Below are positions 29,843 to 38,501 of a stretch of 64,000 nucleotides of DNA, piece by piece. The position numbers were made by a program, and so were the translations under genes. The notes below the pieces were generated by a model, which saw only the letters and a list, made by a program, of their open reading frames with translations, was not told where the DNA came from and did not search any database. The stretch comes from Candidatus Obscuribacteraceae bacterium (GTDB lineage Bacteria > Cyanobacteriota > Vampirovibrionia > Obscuribacterales > Obscuribacteraceae). The stretch covers positions 256,001-320,000 of the forward strand of contig JBGAHS010000007.1 of assembly GCA_044226015.1 (NCBI GenBank), in the 5' to 3' direction. How positions within the stretch are numbered: position 1 is the first letter of the stretch; each line of letters begins with the position of its first letter.

Positions 29843-29923
29843 GACGACTCCTTAGAACAATGTGAATCTTGCGAGGTCCCTGATACTCATGACCCCGCGT
29901 TGCCGATTTGTGCCTGAAATCAA

Positions 29924-29980
29924 CTAAGCTAGGGGAACCTGGCTAAAGAAAAATTCGAAGCTAAAAAACTGTTTTTGCAT
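29924..29980 (-). CDS. Phe-rich leader peptide 2 (MQKQFFSFEFFFSQVPLA)
   Basis: 6 Phe in 8 codons; AGGGA RBS; ends 81 nt before the aroF start. Confidence 0.8.
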   Translation of the reverse strand: MQKQFFSFEFFFSQVPLA

Positions 29981-29991
29981 AACATCCCTAT

Positions 29992-30025
29992 TAAACGAAA
30001 AGACCGCAGCTAACGACTGCGGTCC
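29992..30025 (-). terminator. Attenuator terminator of leader 1
   Basis: GACCGCAG-tcgttag-CTGCGGTC followed by TTTTCGTTT on the minus strand. Confidence 0.88.
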
Positions 30026-30048
30026 ACCTGGTGCCTTGAGTTGCTAAC

Positions 30049-30102
30049 TCAGTCCAAGTGAACCTCAATAAAGAAAAAGAAAAAAGGAATTGGGCGTTTC
30101 AT
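30049..30102 (-). CDS. Phe-rich leader peptide 1 (MKRPIPFFFFFIEVHLD), pheL-like
   Basis: 5 consecutive Phe codons; overlaps the antiterminator arm; lies between promoter and terminator. Confidence 0.85.
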   Translation of the reverse strand: MKRPIPFFFFFIEVHLD

Positions 30103-30129
30103 TCGTTTTACTGGTGTAGTGATGCAACC

Positions 30130-30158
30130 ATGCTAATTCTAGAATGCCTTATGGTCAA
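30130..30158 (-). promoter_or_regulatory. Sigma-70 promoter of the attenuated aroF operon
   Basis: TTGACC-N17-TAGCAT. Confidence 0.7.
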
Positions 30159-30425
30159 GCAATTGTTAAGGAAAGGTGAACGGGTGCCCGAATGTATTGC
30201 AGGAGAGGCGATATGGGGATCGCTGTCTGGGTGACCAGCCTCTCTGTTCACGCATATAATTGATGAACTCAAATCGCAAATCAATCTTTGCTTACTGAAG
30301 GCTCACTGTTAGTCAATCTTGTCCAAACCAAATCTTGCTACTTCACCTAAGCTGTAGCCTATCTTAAGAGCAAGTTGAATTTTAGGACTTATAATTTGTA
30401 CAGATACTGAAGAAGAGGAAGTTCG

Positions 30426-30884
30426 ATGAAAGTAATGCTTGCCGTCGATGATTCTGACCACTCGGAATATGCGCTTGAATCAGTGTTGAAACGCCCCTGG
30501 AGTCCAGGCACGCAGTTCCTGGTTTTTATGGTCTGCGAACCCTATCATCCCGATTTTGCTGGATGGGACGAGCATGCTGTTGAACAAGCAAAACAATATG
30601 CTAAGCGTTTAGAATCCACAGCAACGTCTTACGTGACAAAGTGCGCCGACCGCATCAAGCAAACGATCACTGATTGCTCGGTTGAGTCAGAGGTGGTTGA
30701 AAGTGGGCGAATCAAAGAGACGATCATTCAAACAGCGAGCAATTGGTCGGCAGATTTGATAGTAATGGGTTCTCACGGACGAACAGGGCTTGAGCGCTTC
30801 CTTTTAGGCAGCGTGTCTCAGGCAGTGGTGTCACATGCACCATGCTCGGTCGAAATAGTTAAGCGGTCTGGCGGGTCTGTCTGA
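30426..30884 (+). CDS. Universal stress protein
   Basis: VMLAVDDS, LIVMGSHGRTG...LGSVS...HAPCSV. Confidence 0.95.
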   Translation: MKVMLAVDDSDHSEYALESVLKRPWSPGTQFLVFMVCEPYHPDFAGWDEHAVEQAKQYAKRLESTATSYVTKCADRIKQTITDCSVESEVVESGRIKETIIQTASNWSADLIVMGSHGRTGLERFLLGSVSQAVVSHAPCSVEIVKRSGGSV

Positions 30885-30886
30885 AC

Positions 30887-31078
30887 CTACTCTTCAAATT
30901 GACTTTGTTGTTCAGCATCAAAGAAAATTGCTTTTGCTCCAAGACCGAGCGAAGCTACAACCCAAATACCCATTACAAATACTAGCCAGTATGGGCTACC
31001 AATCGTTGTTGCGGTTTCGTGCATTTCCTGAGCTCCAAAAAAGACTGCCACCAGGGTTATTCCCTTTATCGACTTCAA
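30887..31078 (-). CDS. Small membrane protein (start uncertain)
   Basis: 63 aa with two hydrophobic segments. Confidence 0.4.
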   Translation of the reverse strand: MKSIKGITLVAVFFGAQEMHETATTIGSPYWLVFVMGIWVVASLGLGAKAIFFDAEQQSQFEE

Positions 31079-31135
31079 TTTATCCTGTATCAGGTTAGCT
31101 AACAGCCATTTGTGAAGTAACGATACGCGGATTCA

Positions 31136-32346
31136 CTACTTTCCAGCTATGGAAAGTTCATGAAATCGCTGTTTGAACTCAGCTACTGTCATTGTAAATC
31201 TGCTGTCATTGACGCCGTCTTTTGGGCGACCGTTTGCTAGTGCTGGCTCAGTTGGGAAGGATTTAGTGATAATGGCATCTCCAACGGGTTTGATTGGGTT
31301 CTCTAAGGGTACTTTGCCAGACTTTTCGTCATAACTTACTGCATATGCATGTTTGTTAACCAGACCATTTTGGGTCGCACCGTAGTACCCAGCTGCCATC
31401 GGAGTGTTCTCTCTGGCGGCGGTTTCCAGCGCTGATTGCAAATCGGAGTCTTTTACTATTGGACCAATGTTTTTGTCTTTGAAGTAGAAAGTTTTGTTTT
31501 CTTTACCTGTCAGCAGATGCATCGCAGATTTGATGAGTCCACCGTCTATTTGGCCCACCTCCAATGATGTGTTTGCGTTTTTGTCTATTTCCATGCCCGT
31601 TAGTTCTGACTTGCGTAGAGCCTTTTCTAGTGTCGCTGCTGTCTCGTTGCCACCAAACATAGCCTTTTCTGATTCAGTTGGTTTGTCCACTTCAATTTTT
31701 CCATTGCCACCAGGGAAGGTGACTGTGCTGGTGCCATTCTCATTCTGGTTGATCATGTTCTTGACCGCATCAGGCTTTGTCTTTTGCAAGCTAATGAGAG
31801 GTGCAAGGAAAAAACAGTCACCGGCATGACCTTGTGATACTTTATTCGATTCCTTGCCTGATTCGTCGAGCTTGTTTTTAGCATGTTCTCTCCTGGCACC
31901 AAGTGCATTCATTGCACCTAGTTCTGGTGAAACCTTGCCTTGAATTTCGCTCAATTTGAGTGAAGCCGCGCATATAGGTTTGCGGCTGCAGTTTTGTCAG
32001 TTGCAGTTTCCTTATCGAGCATTTTACTTTCAATTTCATTTTGAGAAATTTTGCCATCGCCATTGGTATCAATGCTGGAAAAATTCTTTAGTGTCTAGTT
32101 TGCCAATTCCTTTACACCTTGTTGGCGATTAGCGAAACCTCTCTCCATAGTTGTAGTAGACGGAGAAGATTTATAAGGGTCAGTGAATTCAAGCTCTTTG
32201 GGTTCGGGTTCTTTTGACTTCAAAGAAGATTTACTCTGGCTTTCCCCAGTCGAGTGAAATTCGTCCTGGAATTTCTCGCTGGTTTCGCTTGGGGTGTCGG
32301 ACTCCCGAGCCTTGTCGTCCCTAGTTTCTGCATTGTCTGCCATCAT
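31136..32346 (-). pseudogene. Disrupted EF-hand plus calpain-like (C2) cysteine protease
   Basis: In-frame TAG at 32095-32097 followed in frame by DTNGDGKISQNE; frameshift near 31970; then QGHAGDCFFLA, HAYAV and ENP. Confidence 0.8.
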
Positions 32347-32453
32347 CTAAATCCCTCACCTTAGACAATGCTAATAATTCACGCTGGCATTTTCGTAGTT
32401 TCTCTCTGTGCTGGGTAAATCAATAAAAGATCCGCATTCGATAGGGTGGAAAA

Positions 32454-32735
32454 ATGAGAAGCGACAGTGAAGTGAAAGCCAAGATTGTTGAGTTGCTTGA
32501 ACTAAAGGGTGATGAGCGTTCCGAGTTAATTCAGGCTCTCGATTCTCTTGATTTGAAAGCTCTTCGGAGGGTGAAATCTGATGCTCACTCCGTGAGAGGA
32601 ATGCTGTCAGCCCTTTTGTGGGCTGTAGGATATTCTTTTGCCGATATCAGAACCCACGTTGTTGAGCCTTCCCTGACTCGGGAGCTGGCGGCTGTCGAAG
32701 AGACTAAGACTGTGGAAGAATCCACCGAGTCCTGA
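32454..32735 (+). CDS. Small hypothetical helical protein
   Basis: 93-aa ORF with purine-rich RBS. Confidence 0.6.
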   Translation: MRSDSEVKAKIVELLELKGDERSELIQALDSLDLKALRRVKSDAHSVRGMLSALLWAVGYSFADIRTHVVEPSLTRELAAVEETKTVEESTES

Positions 32736-32745
32736 CTATAGTGAG

Positions 32746-33006
32746 TTTCGGACAGATCCGGGATTGGTGTCAAACTTTGCCCGGGGATTTTCTGAGGGAT
32801 CCGGGTTGGTGTCAAACTTTGCCCGGGGATTTTCTGACGGTCCGTGGGCGTGTCAAACTTTGCCCGGGGATTTTCGGACGGATCCGGGTTTGTAGTCAAA
32901 CTTTGCCCGGGGATTTTCGGACGGATCCGGGTTTGTAGTCAAACTTTGCCCGGGGATTTTCTGACGGATCCGGGTTTGTTGTCAAACTTTGCCCGGAGAA
33001 TTTCTG
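32746..33006. repeat. Intergenic tandem repeat, 6 units of 41-43 bp, core GTCAAACTTTGCCCGGGGATTTTC
   Basis: Cores start at 32769, 32811, 32852, 32895, 32938 and 32981. Confidence 0.95.
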
Positions 33007-33243
33007 GCACCCTGCGCTTGACTTCGTGCGCTGATATCCAAAATGACTACAAAGTGAGTCTCTATTTGTATTTCTCGAAGGTTGTCAGTTGCTTATAAAG
33101 ATTTGAAGGTCGCAGTCAAGAACTTCTCGAAGTCCGTCTCCCAACGGTCTTGCCAGGACCTAAAGTGCTGTTCAGACCTGCAAAATGGGGGGATGCATTG
33201 TGCTATAAAGGACATGCTTGATTTCTCTAAAGGGAGTATAAGG

Positions 33244-34557
33244 ATGAAAGTTCTGAACGTCACTCTGCTCGCTGCATCGCTGGTTCTATCCGCGAACAGT
33301 GTTGCTCTGGCACAGTCGATGCTAGATCCTTACGCATACGTCAAAGCTCCGAGCAGCCAGGAGAAAATGCAGCAAGTCGTCAAAAAGCAGAAGAAGATAA
33401 AAGAGCGCAAAGTCGCACGGAATACTGAAAGTGAGCTAGACACTCAGATTCCTAGCGCTAAACCTGCTAAGCCAACTGTGATTATCAGCGAAAATTCGCC
33501 CAAGTTGGAAGAAGATAAGAAAGAAAAGGAGGCTCCGAAAACCGCTAAGAATGACTCTGATGATGGTGGTTTCCTCGGTGGTCTGAAGGAGAGCACTGGT
33601 GGCATAGCGAAAAGCACCAAGGCTGTCGGAAATAGTGTCATAAGCGGTACCAAATCTGTCGGTTCGAAGATCGCTTCAGGTTTCAAGGTCGCAGGCGAAA
33701 AAGTCAAAGACGGCACCGTTGCAGCTGGTGAGAAAATCGGTGAAGGCGCTGGCAAAGTGAAAGATGGTGGCGCAGGTGTCGGCGGGAAGGTTGCGGGCGG
33801 CTTCAAGTCTGCGGGTGGCGCGATCGCCGGTCTACCCAAGGCCGTTGGTGGCAAGCTAGGTGGTAGCGGAGATGGTGCCAAGAAAATCGCTGCTGCACCA
33901 GTTGCTGGAATTGCAGCAATTGGTCACGGCATCGGTAAGATGAATCCGTTCCATAAAGATGAAGCTGGCAAAGCTTCTCCGGAACTAGCCAAAAAGCCTG
34001 AGCCGCAGAAGGAACAAGCAGTTGCTGCTAAGCCTACACAATCATTAGTTCCTGAAACTCAAACCGAAGATCAGGATTTGAAAAATATTGAGCACGAATT
34101 GGCAAAAACCCAAGCTGAAGAGGCTAGCAAGAAAACAGCTGCAGCTCCGAAGAAGGATGAAGCAAAGTCACTAGCTCAAAATGATGCGGTAAAGTCAGCA
34201 CCAAATGCAGTGGCGCCAAAAGATGGAAGAAACTTGAGGCAGAAAATTGCTGGAGCGCCTATGGCTGGGTTGGGTAAGACTAAGCAATTGTTGGGTCATG
34301 GCATGGGAATTGGCAAGCTAAACCCTTTCCATCATGGTAAAGATGATGGAGTGCAGACTGCAGCCAAGCCGAGCATGCAAACTGAAGTAAATAAAGACGA
34401 AACTGCTCCCGCTTCGCAAACCGCAGCAACTCCAGTGCAGGATGAGACGCCAGTTGCGGATCGTGTTACACCTCCCGATGCGGTTCCTGTAGACCCGCAA
34501 GAAGGTATGGACGGAAAAGACAGAATTGCTGCTCCACCAGAAGCGAATCCTCTCTAA
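33244..34557 (+). CDS. Secreted low-complexity protein with Gly/Lys-rich amphipathic repeats
   Basis: Signal peptide MKVLNVTLLAASL...; duplicated KIA.AP.AG...GHG.GK.NPFH motif. Confidence 0.75.
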   Translation: MKVLNVTLLAASLVLSANSVALAQSMLDPYAYVKAPSSQEKMQQVVKKQKKIKERKVARNTESELDTQIPSAKPAKPTVIISENSPKLEEDKKEKEAPKTAKNDSDDGGFLGGLKESTGGIAKSTKAVGNSVISGTKSVGSKIASGFKVAGEKVKDGTVAAGEKIGEGAGKVKDGGAGVGGKVAGGFKSAGGAIAGLPKAVGGKLGGSGDGAKKIAAAPVAGIAAIGHGIGKMNPFHKDEAGKASPELAKKPEPQKEQAVAAKPTQSLVPETQTEDQDLKNIEHELAKTQAEEASKKTAAAPKKDEAKSLAQNDAVKSAPNAVAPKDGRNLRQKIAGAPMAGLGKTKQLLGHGMGIGKLNPFHHGKDDGVQTAAKPSMQTEVNKDETAPASQTAATPVQDETPVADRVTPPDAVPVDPQEGMDGKDRIAAPPEANPL

Positions 34558-34580
34558 ATATCCGCTACTCAATCGTGAAG

Positions 34581-34615
34581 CAAAGAGCCGATGCATTAAC
34601 AGCATCGGCTTTTTG
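34581..34615 (+). terminator. Intrinsic terminator
   Basis: AGCCGATGC-attaaca-GCATCGGCT-TTTT. Confidence 0.8.
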
Positions 34616-34760
34616 AATTCTTGGCTGCCTTTCGACACTGAGATTTTAGCGGACGCCAGCTTCGAATTCCTTCGCTCTACGTGCCCTGTCGAGTCGGTTT
34701 GAAAATCGGTGTCAAGTTACAGAAAAAATTCGGCTGAGGGCAAGCACAGGCGTCTGTGGG

Positions 34761-34793
34761 AAGAAAAAGAAAGGGTGGCATTGCTGCCACCCT
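34761..34793 (-). terminator. Intrinsic terminator of speD
   Basis: AGGGTGGCA-N4-TGCCACCCT plus T-rich tail on the minus strand. Confidence 0.8.
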
Positions 34794-34815
34794 GTATTCT
34801 TTGCGTTGCTATTGC

Positions 34816-35238
34816 TTAAACAGCAGCTACGCGCAAGCGTTCTTGTTCAACAATTTCAGCTGCACGTGGTGCGCTGCGTGGGAATTCACGACCGCGCATG
34901 ATGAGTTGTTGTTCAACTCTTTCTGGCTTGAAGTGTTCGCTGAAGTATGCGATCGCAGCATCTACGTCGAAATCTCTGCAAGAGAAGATATCGAGTGTCA
35001 CAAATCCCTTTTCAGGGAAGGTGTGAATTGAGATGTGTGATTCGGCAATCAGAACTACACCGCTAACGCCCCAATCATCTGGGACAGCTCCTGAGTACCT
35101 GAAAACGTACGGAGGCATAATCTTGGTCATATCGAGTTGAGTTGGATAAGCGTCAAGAACTTCTGCCATTCTTGTCAAATCTCCGAGCAACTCTTTTGGG
35201 CAACCGTAAGCTTCTAGAATTAGATGTGGTCCAAACAT
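34816..35238 (-). CDS. speD: S-adenosylmethionine decarboxylase proenzyme family (class 1)
   Basis: GVSGVVLIAE|SHISIHTFPE cleavage motif, DIFSC; substrate (AdoMet versus Arg/Orn neofunctionalised homolog) cannot be proven from motifs. Confidence 0.88.
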   Translation of the reverse strand: MFGPHLILEAYGCPKELLGDLTRMAEVLDAYPTQLDMTKIMPPYVFRYSGAVPDDWGVSGVVLIAESHISIHTFPEKGFVTLDIFSCRDFDVDAAIAYFSEHFKPERVEQQLIMRGREFPRSAPRAAEIVEQERLRVAAV

Positions 35239-36054
35239 GTTCCTTTCCCCCTTGCTTTGCCTGCACCTGCAGGCTGAGTGAGTCCGATGAAAGAAGTAGG
35301 GGTACACGAAACGCCTTATCTTTAAACCCAGTCTTGGACTGTCTGCCGTTCTCTGGAAGGGGGCGTTGTTGTGTCTCCTGATTTACCTCCTGTTGTTGTA
35401 ATTTTCCGAAGGACGATTATTCTACAAAAAAATCTCCGCCTGTGTTCATTTTGACTTTCTCTGATCACATTTGTTTCCAAAGCGAAAAAAGTCGCGCTTA
35501 GCTGTTAAGAGTGGCTTCTGAAGCTGTTCTTTGGCTGGTGGCATCGCAAAAAAATCCTTGGATGAAATGTTAAGATTTACCGAAATCTTATCGCTGACTT
35601 TTGGCTCGGGCCAAAAACTGCTAGAGGTATTGCTACTGTATGTGCTATTGCACGTGGTGGCATATGTGTGAGGGGCTTTTCTTGCAACTAGCCGCCCGGA
35701 CAGTGATTCCGCTTGTCGGTAGGAGAAGCATGGAATACTGGCAAAAATCTTTCTCTAGTTAGCTGAAACTGGCGTATAGAGCCGCGATAGTTTTTGAAAC
35801 AGCAAATCATCAAAGATGCCTCTCTCGTGCAAGCCGCATGGAAAGCCACTTCTGTAGTGAAGTCAACAGTATGCCGAATCGGGCAAACAGGTTTTTGCTT
35901 GAAATGAGATACAGCTTTTGGACAGATGCTTGCAATGTCTAACGCTCTTCTATCAGCTGATTGGAATTAGGCTGCAAGAGAGTGACATGAGCTTCGTTTG
36001 TGCGGAGATGAGTGCAGAGTCTTTGAGGAAACCTGGAACTTCCAGGAAAGAAAC

Positions 36055-36729
36055 TCACTGCTTCTTCGATTCTGCTTCGAGTTCTTTTCGTGTTTTTGCG
36101 GCTTCCTCGCGAATCTCCCGAGCATACTCTGCTTCTCCCTGAGTCGGTGGATTAGCTTTTTCAAGTTCTGCTTTTGTTCTAGCTGACTCTTCACGTATTT
36201 CTCTTGCATAGTCTAGTTCCCCTTTTGAAGGCGGATAAGCTCGCTGAAGTTCCTCCTTCACTTTAGTGGGATCTTCTTCACTGGCGGTTTTGTTCACTTC
36301 AGGCTCAATTGAGGCTTTTGTATCTCGTTGTTCAGCAGCTTGCTTTGCATAGTTTGGATAGATCTGGTATCCAATTGTTTTACTTCCGTTCCTCTGTAAC
36401 TCAATTGAGTTGCCGTTTTGCAATTTCGCGGCTTCTTTCACAAAAGCAAAAAGCGCCGTTTCCTTTTCGGATTTTGCCAGCTTGGGAGTCTCGTATATTT
36501 TAGTTGTGCACTCAGCAAGCTGCTTACTCCAGTTTGTGTTGGCTGAGTCAATCAGCGAGGCAAAGGATGCCGCATCGCAGGGTTTTTCGAAGTTGACACC
36601 TTTGAGTTCTGAGAGCACACCGAGTAAGTTCAGCTGTGAATGTGCAGCATCTGACCGAGGCTCAACTACATTTTGGGATTTTTCCAAAGACGTCATTCTT
36701 CTGCTCCTATTTCTTTCGGGTTTGATCAT
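36055..36729 (-). CDS. Hypothetical protein with two 29-aa C-terminal repeats
   Basis: EL..A.PP..GE..YAREIREE.A.T..EL occurs twice. Confidence 0.65.
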   Translation of the reverse strand: MIKPERNRSRRMTSLEKSQNVVEPRSDAAHSQLNLLGVLSELKGVNFEKPCDAASFASLIDSANTNWSKQLAECTTKIYETPKLAKSEKETALFAFVKEAAKLQNGNSIELQRNGSKTIGYQIYPNYAKQAAEQRDTKASIEPEVNKTASEEDPTKVKEELQRAYPPSKGELDYAREIREESARTKAELEKANPPTQGEAEYAREIREEAAKTRKELEAESKKQ

Positions 36730-36990
36730 CGATGAAGAGACGTGAAATCAACCCGAGTGCGTCCCTGTTGATTTGTGCAGGGAATTGGACAGATCTTGGC
36801 ATTGAGTGCAGGAAATCGATATCAACAAGACAGCTCTGGAAATCGTATATAAATGAATTCAATTCGTGAAGTTTCGGTTAAAGGATGCTCATTATTGCAT
36901 TTAAATCATGAGAGTTGTTCCATAATGACTTTCAAGTGCAATTGATTGCCGAAGCCAGGTCCCCCCAACTGGACATGGTACGGAGGTAAT

Positions 36991-38490
36991 ATGAATCAGG
37001 GCTCAAAAACTGCTGCCAATCCAGAAGTGTCGATTCTGGATGAGAGCGATCTTGACACCGAGTTGAAGGAAGCTGTAAAGCAACATCCTCAACTACATTC
37101 TCTGGCGGCGCAAAAAGGGGAGTCCCTCGTCATAAAGCGCTCAAAGTTAGACGTTCTCAAAGTTTTACTTGGCGTTGCTGTTGTTGCAAGCGCAGGTTTT
37201 CTCGCCTACAGTGGCTTTCATAACATTCCCTCGGCATCCTCATCATCCTCCAAAAAGAGTTCTGTGGCACCGCCTGTAGTGACTGTCTCGTTGGTTGAAG
37301 CCAGGCGCATGCCGGTTAATGAAACTATCGGCGTAACTGGAACAATCAGCTCCTGGGACGAATTGAAGGTTGGATGCGAAGTCGGCGGATTGCATGTGAG
37401 TGACATTTTCGTGGAAGAGGGCGAGCGTGTCAAGAAAGGACAAGTGCTTGCTACCTTGCATTCAGAGTTACTGGAAGCTCAATTAGAGCAGGCGGAAGCT
37501 CGCTTGAAGTCAGCTCAAGCAACAATGGTTAAATCAGTTCAGCCAAATCGTCCTGAAGATATTGCAGCGCTAAAAGCTGCTGTGGATCAGGCTGAAAGTA
37601 ATATTCTCCAGGAGAAAGCTCATCTTGGACAGGCAAAAGTTAATTTCGACAGCGCAGAATTAAACGTTCCGCGCTATGAGAATTTAGCGAAACTGGGCGC
37701 TGTGAGTGTGGTTGAAGCCGAAACCAAGCGCTTTGCAAGAGACACTGCTAAGCTCGAAATGGAAAGTGCGACTGAAAAAGTTACTGCAGCTCAGCACGCT
37801 GCTGCTCAAGCCAAACATCGTTATGCGCTTGCTGCTAAAGGTGGACGCAATGAAGATGTCCAAATCACAAAAGCCTCCATTGACGAAATCAAAGCCCAAA
37901 TCAGGCATCTAAAAGAACAGCTCAAGCAAACTAAAATTCTTGCGGAAGATGATGGTCTCATTTTGCAGCGCAATGTGCACATCGGAGATACGAGTGAAAT
38001 CTCTAAACCATTTTTCGTGATGAGTCGTCTAAACAGGCTTGAGTTGAAGGCTCAAGTGAATGACACAGATTTGAAGAAATTCAAGCCGGGTCAGGAAGTA
38101 GTAATTTCTTCCACTGAGAAAGATCAGAGCAAAGTTGTTGGCCATGTTCGTCTTGAAAGTCCAATTGTTGACCCGACTTCTCGCATGGGAACTGTTCGCA
38201 TAGAGCTGCCTTCCAACACTGATTTTAAGCCAGGTATGTTTGTTCGTGGAGAGATATGCGTTTCGAAACACGACGGACTGGTGTTGCCTATTTCCTGCCT
38301 GGTGACAAGAGGTGGCGAGTCAGTAGTGTTTACTCTGGACGGCAAGTTAGCTCAAAGCACCACTGTCAGCACAGGTATGGAAACAAAAGACACAGTTGAA
38401 ATAACGAGCGGGTTGAAAGAAGGGCAGCTTGTGATTGACAAAGGTGCTCGCTTCATTTCCGACCGTGACCTCGTAGAAGTGGCAAAATAG
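36991..38490 (+). CDS. RND efflux periplasmic adaptor (MFP)
   Basis: TM anchor, VEEGERVKKGQVLA, long coiled coil, KPGMFV; GGAGG RBS. Confidence 0.93.
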   Translation: MNQGSKTAANPEVSILDESDLDTELKEAVKQHPQLHSLAAQKGESLVIKRSKLDVLKVLLGVAVVASAGFLAYSGFHNIPSASSSSSKKSSVAPPVVTVSLVEARRMPVNETIGVTGTISSWDELKVGCEVGGLHVSDIFVEEGERVKKGQVLATLHSELLEAQLEQAEARLKSAQATMVKSVQPNRPEDIAALKAAVDQAESNILQEKAHLGQAKVNFDSAELNVPRYENLAKLGAVSVVEAETKRFARDTAKLEMESATEKVTAAQHAAAQAKHRYALAAKGGRNEDVQITKASIDEIKAQIRHLKEQLKQTKILAEDDGLILQRNVHIGDTSEISKPFFVMSRLNRLELKAQVNDTDLKKFKPGQEVVISSTEKDQSKVVGHVRLESPIVDPTSRMGTVRIELPSNTDFKPGMFVRGEICVSKHDGLVLPISCLVTRGGESVVFTLDGKLAQSTTVSTGMETKDTVEITSGLKEGQLVIDKGARFISDRDLVEVAK

Positions 38491-38501
38491 GCTCATCTGC
38501 G

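Noticed and set aside
30108..30131. Tiny ORF MVASLHQ upstream of Phe leader 1
   Set aside because: Its ATG overlaps the predicted -10 box and would not be transcribed.
31136..32346. Programmed readthrough or frameshift, or an alternative genetic code
   Set aside because: TAG terminates other genes here normally, and no slippery run was seen at the shift.
32746..33006. CRISPR array
   Set aside because: The linkers are only 17-19 bp and near-identical to each other, and no cas genes are in the window.
32585..33098. Overlapping ORFs with QTLPGDF-type repeats
   Set aside because: Artefacts of the 43-bp tandem repeat.
35272..35316. Hammerhead-like or SAM-I-like words (CTGAGTGAG...CCGATGAA...CGAAAC) on the plus strand
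   Set aside because: The core is not CUGANGA, stem II cannot form, GCAACC is absent, and it is antisense to speD.
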